Origin: Polyangiales bacterium
GTDB taxonomy: Bacteria; Myxococcota_A; Polyangia; Polyangiales; Polyangiaceae
Assembly (NCBI GenBank): GCA_038230375.1
Contig: JBBRNJ010000064.1
Span: 1 to 51,451 of the forward strand
Direction of reading: 5' to 3'
DNA length: 51,451 nucleotides
Shown here: piece by piece, positions 38,979 to 48,622 of the stretch
How the letters are laid out: every line of letters starts with the position of its first letter
Position numbering within the stretch: the first letter of the stretch is position 1
Translations under genes and position numbers: made by a program
The notes under the pieces: model-generated
Seen by the model: the letters and a program-made list of their open reading frames with translations, nothing else
The model's database searches: none
What the model was told of the DNA's origin: nothing

Positions 38979-39068
38979 GGAGAGATGACCGAGTGGCCGA
39001 AGGTGCATGATTGGAAATCATGTGAACTCGCAAGGGTTCCGAGAGTTCGAATCTCTCTCTCTCCGCCA
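38979..39068 (+). tRNA. tRNA-Ser (anticodon GGA)
   Basis: Acceptor GGAGAGA/TCTCTCC + GCCA; anticodon arm CATGA-TTGGAAA-TCATG; long variable arm; GTTCGAATC T-loop. Confidence 0.97.
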
Positions 39069-39077
39069 GACGCGCAA

Positions 39078-39094
39078 GCCCCCCGTTGGGGGGC
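39078..39094 (+). terminator. GC-rich hairpin after tRNA-Ser
   Basis: GCCCCCC-GTT-GGGGGGC; no strong U-tract. Confidence 0.4.
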
Positions 39095-39155
39095 GGGGCG
39101 CGCCTGTTCCTACGTTTCAACGACGCCTACGCGGGAGCGCGCTAGAAGTGTCGCC

Positions 39156-39953
39156 GTGGAGGCACCGCAGGAAGGGACCGTGGAGCGTTGGGCCTGGGAG
39201 TACATCCTTGGCACGTCGCTCGATCTGAAGTGTGCGCCGCCGCCATTGCCCGAGCGCTGGGAGGAGGCGCCTGTCGTTCGTCGTCTCGCCGCTCCCGGGC
39301 GGCCCTCGGAGCTCGTCGTGCTCTCGCGTGCAGGCAAGGCGCGCGGGCTCTCCACTGCACGAGGCCGCGCTCAGGCGCTTCATGCGTTCTTCCACCACGA
39401 GCTCCAGGCCGCGGAGCTCATGGCGTGGGCGCTGCTCGCGTTCCCCGATACTCCGCGGGAGTTTCGTGCGGGGCTCCTTCGCATTGCTACGGACGAGATC
39501 CGGCACATGAAAATGTACGCGGCGGAGATCGAGCGGCTGGGACATCGCATTGGCGAGTTCACCGTGCGCGACTGGTTCTGGCAGCGCGTGCCCACATGCA
39601 CGGGCCCGCTCGCCTTCGTTGCGCTCATGGGGCTCGGACTGGAGAGCGCAAACCTGGAGCACAGCGCGTCGTTCGCTGCGCGCTTCCGCGCCGTCGGTGA
39701 TGAAGCGGGCGCACGCGTGCAGGAGCTCGTGGGACTGGAGGAGATCGCGCATGTGCGCTTTGGCGTTCGATGGTTCACGGAGTGGAGCGGTGAGCTCACG
39801 TTCGAGTCGTGGCGCCGCGCGCTGCCTGAGCCACTGACACCGCTCCTCATGCGCGGACTTCCGTTGCGTCGCGACGCGCGCACACGCGCAGGTCAGCCCG
39901 CCTCCTTCCAGGACGAGCTCGAAGCATGGACACCCGACGCGCCTTCGTCCTGA
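39156..39953 (+). CDS. DUF455-family ferritin-like diiron protein
   Basis: HHELQAAEL, DEIRH, LESANL, EEIAHVRFG..WF. Confidence 0.85.
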   Translation: MEAPQEGTVERWAWEYILGTSLDLKCAPPPLPERWEEAPVVRRLAAPGRPSELVVLSRAGKARGLSTARGRAQALHAFFHHELQAAELMAWALLAFPDTPREFRAGLLRIATDEIRHMKMYAAEIERLGHRIGEFTVRDWFWQRVPTCTGPLAFVALMGLGLESANLEHSASFAARFRAVGDEAGARVQELVGLEEIAHVRFGVRWFTEWSGELTFESWRRALPEPLTPLLMRGLPLRRDARTRAGQPASFQDELEAWTPDAPSS

Positions 39954-40831
39954 ACCTCGACGCGGACGAGGAGCTCGCGGCCAGCGCGAGATACGCACCG
40001 ACGTTGCGCGTGAAGGAGGCCATGCGCCCGCACGTCGCGGCGCTCGCACGCACGCTGCTGCGCGACGGAGACCTCCTCGTGGATGACGACACGCTTGCGG
40101 GCACCGCGCTGTCGGCGACGGGAGCGCCGCTCCCCGGCCTTGCGTTTTGCCCCACACCGCGTGCGCTCGGCATGCTGCGTCGCGCGGGCGCGGAGCCAGT
40201 TGCGCATCCCTCGTTCGACGTGCTTCGACGCGTGAACGGTCGTGCGTTCGCAGCGTCGCTCGGCCCCACGCTGCCCGGCGGCGCGTTCGTCACGGACCTC
40301 GGCGCAGCTCTCGCGCATCTCGCGTCCACGTCCGCGGTGTCCTCCGCGTGGCGGGTGAAGCGCGCGTTCGGCATGGCGGGCCGCGGCCAGCGGGTGATCG
40401 CGTGCGGCGCGCTCGACTCCGCAGACAAGGCATTCGTGCAGGCGAGCATCGCGCGCGATCGGGGCGTGCAGATCGAGCCGAACCTCCACATCTCGATCGA
40501 GCTCGGATTGCACGGCTCGCTCACCGAACGCGGCACACTCACCGCGGGCAACCTGGTTCACCAGCGATGCGACGCGCGCGGCGCCTGGCTCGCCACCGAG
40601 CCACTTCCCGAAGACCATCCAGCGCGCATCCACGAACCAGCGCTGCGCGCCGAGCTGGCGCGGGTCGGAGTCGCATTGCACGAGGCGTCCTATTTCGGGG
40701 CGTTCGGCATCGACGCGTTTGTCTACTTCGGAGCGGGCAATCAGCCAAACCTCCAGCCCCGTAGCGAGGTCAATGCTCGGTACTCCATGGGGTGGCCGAT
40801 CGGAATGGCGGGAGCTCCGTCGCTGGCCTGA
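39926..40831 (+). CDS. ATP-grasp-fold protein
   Basis: VK...G.AGRG, QIEP, YFGAFGIDAF, SEVNARYSMG. Confidence 0.75.
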   Translation: MDTRRAFVLNLDADEELAASARYAPTLRVKEAMRPHVAALARTLLRDGDLLVDDDTLAGTALSATGAPLPGLAFCPTPRALGMLRRAGAEPVAHPSFDVLRRVNGRAFAASLGPTLPGGAFVTDLGAALAHLASTSAVSSAWRVKRAFGMAGRGQRVIACGALDSADKAFVQASIARDRGVQIEPNLHISIELGLHGSLTERGTLTAGNLVHQRCDARGAWLATEPLPEDHPARIHEPALRAELARVGVALHEASYFGAFGIDAFVYFGAGNQPNLQPRSEVNARYSMGWPIGMAGAPSLA

Positions 40832-40950
40832 TGTGTGCCCACGTCGGACAATCCTGACGACCTCGCAACGTTCCTTGCATGTTCCAGTTTCCGTGCAAAC
40901 TTCCGCTGCGAACGAACACGGCGCCGCCTTGACGAGCGCCTCTTGAGAGG

Positions 40951-41703
40951 ATGGAGCCAATGGGTCTTTCGCCGCTGCTGAGTGGATGGTGGGTCCTGAT
41001 CTTGATCGGAGTGGTCGGGCTGGTGCTGCTCAGCGCTGCGGCCCTCTACGTGCTGATGCAGCCCACCAAGAGCGCTGTCACACTGCCGCCTCGTGCACCC
41101 GCGCCCATGCCCATGATGCAGCCGGCGCAGATGGCTGCGTGGTCGTCACACCCTGAAACGCACCCGATGACAGCTCCGATGCCGGCCCCGTTCGCAGCGT
41201 TCGCGCCGCCCCCGATGCCGTTCCAGTCGCCGGACCACACCATGCCGCTTGCAGCGCTCACCGGGGACATGCTGGACAATGCACTCATCATGATGGCGCC
41301 TCGTGTCAGTCCGAGCGTGTCGCCGATCTCGCCGCCGGAGCAGCGAGCGTCTGCGAACGTAGCGCCGCCCACAAGCAAGCCCAGCAAGCCCAGCTCAAAA
41401 GCCCCGCTTCCGCTTCGACCCAACCCGACGCTGGTGTCGGCCACGCCGCCGCCCATGCCCAGGCGCACGCTGCCGCCGCCGGCCTCGCGCGTTCCCGCAC
41501 GTCCCTACGCGCTCGCGGCCATGGCGCCGTCAAAGGCCGCCGAGCTCCTGTCACTGCAGCTGGACTCGGATCTTCCGCCCGCGATGCAGACCCCACATGC
41601 GCCCGACACGGAGAAGTCTCTCGAGGACGACGACGCGCCCACCATGATGACCACATGGGAGTCCATGGGCTCCGCCGAGAAACCGCGGCGCGGCAGCGCC
41701 TGA
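40951..41703 (+). CDS. Pro/Met-rich single-TM protein
   Basis: N-terminal TM followed by a low-complexity region; SD GAGAGG. Confidence 0.55.
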   Translation: MEPMGLSPLLSGWWVLILIGVVGLVLLSAAALYVLMQPTKSAVTLPPRAPAPMPMMQPAQMAAWSSHPETHPMTAPMPAPFAAFAPPPMPFQSPDHTMPLAALTGDMLDNALIMMAPRVSPSVSPISPPEQRASANVAPPTSKPSKPSSKAPLPLRPNPTLVSATPPPMPRRTLPPPASRVPARPYALAAMAPSKAAELLSLQLDSDLPPAMQTPHAPDTEKSLEDDDAPTMMTTWESMGSAEKPRRGSA

Positions 41704-41803
41704 ACGGCCCGCTCCAGACGACGAAGAAGGGCCTTCGTGAATGAAGAGGTGTGCTCGACCGTCTCACCCGGTTGCACCCCTTCGGCTCGGAGGCCTTTTT
41801 CAA

Positions 41804-42586
41804 ATGCGAACGCTCCTTCTTCCCCTGGTTCTTGGTCTCTCCCTCGTCACTGGCTGCAGCGTCGCGGTGACCGCGAAGTCACAGACGCGCTATGTGCATG
41901 ACATCGCCGCGCAGTCGACCAAGACCGACTGGACCGGCCAGACGATCACCATCGACGACGCGTCGATCAATACACAGGGCAATGGCAGCGGCCTCACCGT
42001 GACCGGCGATCCCACCGCGACCAAGGTCACCGTGACGGGCCGCACCGCCGCGTACGCGGACGCGACGGATCAGGCAAGCGCAGAGCTCTCGATGACCGAC
42101 GTGCTTGCGACGCTCGTGATCACGGAGGACGCAACCGGCATCACCATCACATGCGGCCACGGCGCGTCACACGGCACCTCCAACGGCCCCAACTCTGGCT
42201 GCGACGCGCTCCAGATAACGGTGCCCTCTGGAACCGCGATGAAGCCACTTCCGCTGGTCGTGAAGGCAGGGTCTGGTGACGTGAAGGTGAGCGGCACCAT
42301 CGGCTCGCTCAGCGTCAACGACAACGGCGCGGGTGACATCACTGCGTCGCACACGCCGACGAAGGGCTCGGCCGTGTCGCTGAAGGGCGGCTTCGGTGTG
42401 GCGCTCGCGGTCCCGAGCGACTTCGCGGCGGACGTCATCACCCTCGCCGCGGACAACGCGACGGACATCGACACCAAGGCGTTCCCCGATGTCGTCAGCG
42501 GCAAGGGTCACGGCATGGCGGGCACCGGCGCAGCGAGCATCACGCTGACCGGCGGCCTAGGCGCGGTCGTGCTCAAGTCGCAGTGA
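41804..42586 (+). CDS. Lipoprotein with beta-strand repeats (DUF4097-like)
   Basis: Lipobox VTGC; GSGDV.V and GAGDI repeats. Confidence 0.65.
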   Translation: MRTLLLPLVLGLSLVTGCSVAVTAKSQTRYVHDIAAQSTKTDWTGQTITIDDASINTQGNGSGLTVTGDPTATKVTVTGRTAAYADATDQASAELSMTDVLATLVITEDATGITITCGHGASHGTSNGPNSGCDALQITVPSGTAMKPLPLVVKAGSGDVKVSGTIGSLSVNDNGAGDITASHTPTKGSAVSLKGGFGVALAVPSDFAADVITLAADNATDIDTKAFPDVVSGKGHGMAGTGAASITLTGGLGAVVLKSQ

Positions 42587-42606
42587 GCGGGGCCGAGCGG
42601 GACGAG

Positions 42607-42694
42607 GGGCGTGGCGTGATGGGCGCGTGATGGGCGCGTGATGGGCGTGGGCGTGATGGGCGTGGGCGTGATGGGCGTGGGCGTGATGGGCGTG
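42607..42694. repeat. G-rich tandem repeat (GGGCGTGATGGGCGT and GGGCGCGTGAT units)
   Basis: Directly visible; followed by TTGACA at 42697-42702. Confidence 0.9.
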
Positions 42695-42766
42695 CGTTGA
42701 CACTGCCAGGTCAGCGTGGTCTTGTTGCGCCCCCAAACCCCAACCATTACGCAAAGGAGAGAGCTC

Positions 42767-43354
42767 ATGGCTTTCACCCTCCCCGCACTGCCCTACGCGA
42801 AGGACGCACTCGCGCCCCACATCACCGCCGAGACGCTCGAGTTCCACCACGGCAAGCACCACAACGCTTACGTGACGAACCTGAACAAGCTGACCGAGGG
42901 CAAGCCCGAGGCCGAGAAGTCCCTCGAGGACATCATCATGACCTCCGAGGCGGGCGTCTTCAACAACGCCGCGCAGATCTGGAACCACACGTTCTACTGG
43001 AGCTCCATGAAGCCGGGCGGCGGCGGCGCCCCCACGGGCGACATCGCGGCGGCCATCACGCGCGACTTTGGCTCCTTCGACAAGTTCAAGGAGGAGTTCA
43101 CCGCGGCTGCCACCACGCAGTTCGGCTCCGGCTGGGCGTGGCTCGTGGCCGACAAGGCCGGCAAGCTCTCCGTCACCAAGACCGGCAACGCAGACCTGCC
43201 CATGAAGCATGGCCAGAAGGCGATCCTCACGATCGACGTCTGGGAGCATGCATACTACATTGATTTCCGGAACCTCCGCCCGAAGTACATCGAGTGCTTC
43301 TTGAACCACCTGGTGAACTGGGACTTCGCGAACGAGAACCTCAAGAAGGCCTGA
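42767..43354 (+). CDS. sodB: Fe superoxide dismutase
   Basis: HHGKHHNAYV, FNNAAQIWNH, QFGSGWAWL, DVWEHAYY; SD AAAGGAG. Confidence 0.93.
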   Translation: MAFTLPALPYAKDALAPHITAETLEFHHGKHHNAYVTNLNKLTEGKPEAEKSLEDIIMTSEAGVFNNAAQIWNHTFYWSSMKPGGGGAPTGDIAAAITRDFGSFDKFKEEFTAAATTQFGSGWAWLVADKAGKLSVTKTGNADLPMKHGQKAILTIDVWEHAYYIDFRNLRPKYIECFLNHLVNWDFANENLKKA

Positions 43355-43374
43355 GCTGCTCGTGAGGTGTGCTG

Positions 43375-43407
43375 GCGCCCGCGCGGCCGAGAGGCTTCGC
43401 GGGCGCT
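43375..43407. terminator. Hairpin between convergent sodB and ABC-F genes
   Basis: GCGCCCGCG...CGCGGGCGC inverted repeat. Confidence 0.5.
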
Positions 43408-43440
43408 TCGCATTTGAAGCTGTCGGGAAGGGCGCGGGGA

Positions 43441-45426
43441 CTATCCGCCTTCGGGCGCCAGCTCGGCCTCGATCTCTTCCCACTCCTTGATCTTCGCCTC
43501 CACGTCCGAGGCGAGCTTCTTGTCCTCTTCCTGGAGCGCAAGGACCTGTCCCTTCAGCGTCCGCTCGAAGAAGCCTGGCGCCGCGAAGAGCGCGTCTATC
43601 TCCTTCTTGCGTGCCTCGCAGGTCTCGATCTCCACGAGCAGCTTGTCCCGGCGCGCGGGGAGGGAGTTCTTCCTGTTGCGGCGCTTCTTCTGCTCCTCCC
43701 AGGAGAGCCCCTCCGCGTCGGCTCCGTTCTTCGTGTCGACCTTGTCGCCCGGCTTGTCGCCGGTCTTTTCGCTCTTGTCGCTCTTGTCGCTCTTGTCGGT
43801 CTTGGCGGCCTTGCTGACGGCGATCACGGCGTTGGCGTCCAGGTGGTCGTCACCGCAGCGCTCGAGATATTCCGTGTAGGTTCCAGGGAAATCGCGCGGG
43901 CCTTCCTTGCGCACTTCGAGCACGCGCGTGGCAAGCGCGGAGACGAACGCGCGATCGTGCGAGACGAAGATCACCGTGCCGTCGAACTCCTTGAGCCCCT
44001 CGATGAGCGCGTCGATCGACTCGAGATCCAGGTGGTTCGTGGGCTCGTCCAGGACCAGCACGTTGGGCTTCTGCACCATGATCTTGCAGAAGATGAGGCG
44101 CGCGGCCTCACCGCCGGACAGCGCGCGGATCGGCTTGTCGATGTCGTCGCCCGAGAAGAGCATGCGCCCGAGCTGACCGCGCACGTACGTCGTGGGCTCG
44201 GTGGGGCATTCGTTCCAGATGAAGTCGAGCGGCTTGATGGGGCCGTCGGGCAAGAGCTCGCCGTGGTCCTGCGCGAAGTAGCCGACCTTCGTCTCGTGAC
44301 CAAAGCGCACGGCACCCACGTCCGGATCCAGCCTGCCCATGATGATCTTGAGCAGCGTGGACTTGCCAAGGCCGTTGGGCCCGATGACCGCGAGCTTCTC
44401 GCCGCGACGCACGGTGATCGACACGTCCGTGAGCACCTGCTTGTCGCCGTAGGCCTTCGAGATGCCCTTCACGTCGAGCACTTCGCGGCCACTCGGGCGC
44501 TCTGGCGTGAAGCGGAAGTACGGCGCGCGCCGTGAGCTCTGGGCCAGCTCCTCGACCTCGATCTTCTCGATCTGCTTCAGCCGGCTCTGCGCTTGCTTCG
44601 CCTTCGTGGCCTTCGCTCCGAAGCGCACCACGAACGCCATCTTGTCGGCGATGATCTTCTCCTTGCGCGCGTTCTCACCTTCCTTGCGCTCGCGCACGGC
44701 GGCCTTCTCGGCGACGAATCGACGGTAATTTCCAGTGTATTGCGTGATGGTGTCGTAGTCCACGTCAAGGATGTGCGTGGCCACGTTGTCCAGGAAGCGC
44801 TGGTCGTGGGAGATGACGATCGCGCAGCCGCGATAGCCGGCAAGGAACTTCTCGAGCCAGCGGATGGAGAGGATGTCCAGGTGGTTCGTGGGCTCGTCGA
44901 GCAAGAGCGCGTCGGGTCCGCCCACCAGCACCTGCGCGAGAAGCACACGCAGCTTGAAGCCACCGGAGAGCGTGGAGAGCTTCTGCCTGTGCGAGGGGAC
45001 CGGAATGCCAAGGCCCTCCAGGATGGAGGAGGCGCGCGCCTCCAGCGTGTAGCCGCCGGCGGTGGAGATCGTGTGCTCGAGATCCGCGAGCCGCGAGGGA
45101 TCGCCTTCGGCGTGGTCGATGATGCGTGTGCGCTCCTGCAGCGCATCCCACACGTCCTTGTCGCCCATCATGGCAAGGTCGAGGATTATCTGCTCGTCGT
45201 CCAGGAAGTGATCCTGGCGAAGCGTGCCGACCCGCGAGCGCGATGGGAACGTGTAGCTGCCATCCGTCTGCGGCTCGTCGCCGGACAGGCACTTGAGGAA
45301 CGTGGTCTTGCCGGAGCCGTTGGCGCCGACGAGGCCATAGCGCGAGCCCTCGTTGAGCTCGAGCGACACCTCTTCGAAGAGTGTGCGGCCGCCGTAGGAT
45401 TTTCCGAGGCGTTGAATGCTGATCAT
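43441..45426 (-). CDS. ABC-F family ATPase
   Basis: Two NBDs (GANGSGKT, LSGG, LLDEPTNHLD; GPNGLGKS, LSGGE), no TM, C-terminal coiled coil. Confidence 0.93.
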   Translation of the reverse strand: MISIQRLGKSYGGRTLFEEVSLELNEGSRYGLVGANGSGKTTFLKCLSGDEPQTDGSYTFPSRSRVGTLRQDHFLDDEQIILDLAMMGDKDVWDALQERTRIIDHAEGDPSRLADLEHTISTAGGYTLEARASSILEGLGIPVPSHRQKLSTLSGGFKLRVLLAQVLVGGPDALLLDEPTNHLDILSIRWLEKFLAGYRGCAIVISHDQRFLDNVATHILDVDYDTITQYTGNYRRFVAEKAAVRERKEGENARKEKIIADKMAFVVRFGAKATKAKQAQSRLKQIEKIEVEELAQSSRRAPYFRFTPERPSGREVLDVKGISKAYGDKQVLTDVSITVRRGEKLAVIGPNGLGKSTLLKIIMGRLDPDVGAVRFGHETKVGYFAQDHGELLPDGPIKPLDFIWNECPTEPTTYVRGQLGRMLFSGDDIDKPIRALSGGEAARLIFCKIMVQKPNVLVLDEPTNHLDLESIDALIEGLKEFDGTVIFVSHDRAFVSALATRVLEVRKEGPRDFPGTYTEYLERCGDDHLDANAVIAVSKAAKTDKSDKSDKSEKTGDKPGDKVDTKNGADAEGLSWEEQKKRRNRKNSLPARRDKLLVEIETCEARKKEIDALFAAPGFFERTLKGQVLALQEEDKKLASDVEAKIKEWEEIEAELAPEGG

Positions 45427-46289
45427 GGGTGGGGAGCGTGGGGTGCGTCTACCAGGAGGGCCTCGTAGGCGGACTGGGCTTCTACCAGACCCAGCGCGGA
45501 GAGGGCGGGCACGATGTCCTCTTCCATGGAGTCCCAGTAGGCGCGCGCGTATCCGGCCTCCGTGAGCGTGCCGAAGTTGGGCGCGGGCTCCGCTTCTTCG
45601 CCCGCGCGCGCCCACGCGGGGCCGCGCATGGCGCCGCAGAGCTTCCGGTAGTGCGCGAAGAGCGCTGGAATGCGCCGAACGAGCACGGTGCGATCATCGA
45701 CGGAGATGCCGCGGAGCAGGAGCGCGAGCAGCTCCCAGCCGGCCTCGCCGTGAAAGGTCTCGTCGACCAGGATGGCGGCAATGACCTCCTTTGCGAGCGG
45801 TACGGTGGCGGCCTTCATGGCGCGGCGAAACATGGTGCCGCTGATCGTCTCGCCGATGCAGAACGCAGACAGCACGACATCCCGCACGTGGCACGACAGC
45901 GTGCGGTCGGAGGACAGGTGCAGCTCGGTCTCGTCGATCACGGGGCTCGCGGGCCGCCCGAGCGCGTCGCACATGCGCAGGCACAGGTCGGTGTGGCGCA
46001 CCTCGTCCTCGATCATGCGCGCGAACGCTCCGCACCAGTCCAGCGGGACGCCCATCACGTGCAGCTGCGACGAGAGCTGCGTGAACAGCGCCAGCGAGTA
46101 GTACTCCTGCAGCGCGCGCGTGCTCCAGGCGTGCGCGGCGAGCTCCAGCGCAGAGGGTGCGTAGTCGTCCGCGCGAAACGCCTCGAAGTCGACCCTGCCC
46201 TTTCGTGGCGCGGCGATCTCCTCGTGAACGGTCGTGAGCGCGAGCTGCTCGTCCTCTCGGCCAGTGGTGCGCCGCAGCGCGAACGGCAT
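45423..46289 (-). CDS. Ferritin-like diiron protein
   Basis: E..S / EDEVRH / GETIS / DETFH four-helix diiron pattern. Confidence 0.82.
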   Translation of the reverse strand: MPFALRRTTGREDEQLALTTVHEEIAAPRKGRVDFEAFRADDYAPSALELAAHAWSTRALQEYYSLALFTQLSSQLHVMGVPLDWCGAFARMIEDEVRHTDLCLRMCDALGRPASPVIDETELHLSSDRTLSCHVRDVVLSAFCIGETISGTMFRRAMKAATVPLAKEVIAAILVDETFHGEAGWELLALLLRGISVDDRTVLVRRIPALFAHYRKLCGAMRGPAWARAGEEAEPAPNFGTLTEAGYARAYWDSMEEDIVPALSALGLVEAQSAYEALLVDAPHAPHP

Positions 46290-46292
46290 GGA

Positions 46293-46589
46293 TTACTTCG
46301 AGGACTTCGGCGTGGGAGGCATCTGCTGCGGAGGCGCGTTGACCGTGTGCGGCACGCTGGACGGGTTCAGCGTGACGGGCGTGGCGGCTGGAGCCGCGGA
46401 GGGCGCGGCAGAGGGCGTGGGCATCGCCGTCGCGTTCACGTGCGGCGGCTCCGCGGTCGCGTTCGTGTGAATGGGCTCCTCGGGCTTGGGAGCGCCGGCT
46501 TTATCGCAGGCAGCCGTGAGCACACCCATGGAGATGACAGCTGCGCCCTGGGCGAGCTTGCTGAGCCGGTCGAGCCGATGTCGTCGCAT
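46293..46589 (-). CDS. Small Pro-rich lipoprotein with repeated H-x-N-A motifs
   Basis: Basic N-terminus, lipobox TAAC, motifs PIHTNAT, PPHVNAT, PHTVNAP. Confidence 0.75.
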   Translation of the reverse strand: MRRHRLDRLSKLAQGAAVISMGVLTAACDKAGAPKPEEPIHTNATAEPPHVNATAMPTPSAAPSAAPAATPVTLNPSSVPHTVNAPPQQMPPTPKSSK

Positions 46590-46615
46590 GCAGATGACTC
46601 TACCCCGATCGCGGG

Positions 46616-47395
46616 TCAGTCGTCGAGCGTGCGACGCCGGGGCGCATGCTTGAAGCGGTAGAGCACCTGCGCGCTCTTCGTCGCTCGAAAGGCGCTCTTG
46701 CCCTTCGCTCGAGGCGCAGCGACAGGCTCCACGAAATCGCGCGCGAGCATCGCGGTCTTGAAGGAGCGCGGATTGAACTCGCGACCGAAGATGACCTCGT
46801 ACACGCGACGGATCTCCGCGATGGTGAAGTTCGGCGGGACCAGATGGAAGCGCGCGGGCCGCTGTGGCTCGAGCAAGCGCTCGCGCAGCCGGTCGATGGC
46901 GTGGGTCAGGATCCTGGCGTGGTCGAACGCCAGCTGCAGGAGCAGCGGCGGGTCCTTCGGGTTTCGGCGCTTACCCTTGGCCGCGGCCGCGCGAACCTTG
47001 GCGTTCGGATCGGGTGAGAGGTCCAGCGTGCTGATCGGATGCCAGGCGACGGCGCTGGCGTCGTCCCCGGCCTTCGCCCGGATCGATTCGGCGCCGACAT
47101 ACGTGTAGTATGCAACAGTTACGTAGTGGCCACGCGGGTCCCGCCCAGGATCGCCGAATGCACCGAGCTGCTCGAACGGAAGGTTCGACACGCCGGTCTC
47201 CTCCGCGAGCTCGCGCGCGGCTGCCTTCTCGAGTGACTCGTTCGGTTCAACGTGCCCGCCGGGCAGCGCCCACGCGCCCTTGTGCGGCTGCTCGCCACGC
47301 TTGACGAGAAGGACCGAGAGCTCACCCGCCCGGATCGAGAAGATGACGACGTCTGCGGTGACCGCCGGTCTCGGGAAGGCATACGTGTACGGCAC
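46616..47395 (-). CDS. NrtR-like Nudix hydrolase / regulator
   Basis: WALPGG....E....AA.RELAEETG Nudix box, GRDPRG, LAFDH, C-terminal wHTH-like FTIAE.RRVYE. Confidence 0.85.
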   Translation of the reverse strand: MPYTYAFPRPAVTADVVIFSIRAGELSVLLVKRGEQPHKGAWALPGGHVEPNESLEKAAARELAEETGVSNLPFEQLGAFGDPGRDPRGHYVTVAYYTYVGAESIRAKAGDDASAVAWHPISTLDLSPDPNAKVRAAAAKGKRRNPKDPPLLLQLAFDHARILTHAIDRLRERLLEPQRPARFHLVPPNFTIAEIRRVYEVIFGREFNPRSFKTAMLARDFVEPVAAPRAKGKSAFRATKSAQVLYRFKHAPRRRTLDD

Positions 47396-47484
47396 GTCGC
47401 GGACGATACACGGGGTCGGCCCCGCGTGTCGCGCAAGCTTCACGCTCCTTTGATTGGTGCCGGGCGTCCGCTAGAGTCGCGGGG

Positions 47485-48622
47485 ATGGTTCGACCGTCCA
47501 CGTGGCTTGTGACGACGCTGCTGATCGGCGCGGCGCTAGTGGCCGCGTGCTCGGCGTTCTCGGGCTCCGATTCGAACAGCCCGGGAAGCAATCCGGACGC
47601 AAGCGATGGAGGTCCAACCGCCAGCGACGCCTCTGTCGCCGACGCCGATACCATCACGGATGCCAAGGTGGAGCCCACCGACGCATGCGCTTCGCCCACG
47701 AACGGGGCCGGCGATCTTTATGTGTTTGGCGGGCAGAGTGACTTCAGCGGCATCAACTACGGCGAGCCGACAAACGTGCTCCGCGCCACGATCCGGTGCG
47801 ACGGAAGGTTGGGCAACTGGACGAAGGCCTTCAATCTTCCGCGCACGGCGTCGGCTCCCCTGGGCGGTGTCGTGGGCGATCTCGCGCTCTACCTTGGCGG
47901 TCTCCACGCGACGGGCGGCGCGTCGTTCAGCGACACGGTGTACTACGCCCGCTTCGATGGCGGCGCGCTCCTGCCACCGTTCAACGCTACGCCGGGCGCC
48001 GCGACGGTGGACACGTGGCGCGCGATCTACGGGGTCCAACGGCACGTCACTGTTCGTCGCAGGCGGCGAGAGTCCGGACGGCAGCGTTCTCGACACCGTC
48101 ACGTTGTGGAAGGTCGGCGATGGCGGCGTGCCAGTGAAGTACGGATCGCCGCCAGCCCTGCCCGCAGGCGGGATGTCGCGCGGCGCCGGCGCGATGGTCG
48201 GCGACACCATGGTCGCGATCGGCGCCAACTACGTGTACACGGCGAAGGACGGAGACCTGACCTGGAAGGCGACCGGACCCTACGGCGATCAGGACTTTGC
48301 GACCGCGACCGACGGCACCACCGTGTACGTCGTCCCCGGCGCCTCCAGCGGCAGCGGGACCGTCTATTCCTTCACGGTCACCGGGGTCAACGCCAGCACG
48401 CTCGTTCCGATGAGCACGAAGGTGCCGGTCGGCTTGATCGGGCCCGCCGCAGTCGTCTTCCGAGGGCGCCTCTATGTCATCGGCGGCCTGGTCCCCGGCA
48501 CAGATGCGGGCTCGGCAACCGCCGTGCGGTCGTTGCGGATCATTCCGAACAACCTGGACGATCTCCAGAACGAAGCGCCCATGCCCGAGGGCCACGCGTT
48601 CTCAGTGGCTTTCGCTCGCTGA
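47485..48622 (+). CDS. Kelch-like beta-propeller lipoprotein, frameshifted at ~48031
   Basis: Lipobox VAAC; LYVFGG and LYLGG in one frame, LFVAGG and LYVIGG in another; frame switches at GGGG 48031-48034. Confidence 0.75.

Noticed and set aside
38979..39155. tRNA-Ser as an island integration site
   Set aside because: No integrase, no duplicated tRNA 3' end seen in the window and no obvious composition shift
38985..39155. N-terminal extension of the DUF455 ORF
   Set aside because: It overlaps the tRNA gene; the start at 39156 is more plausible
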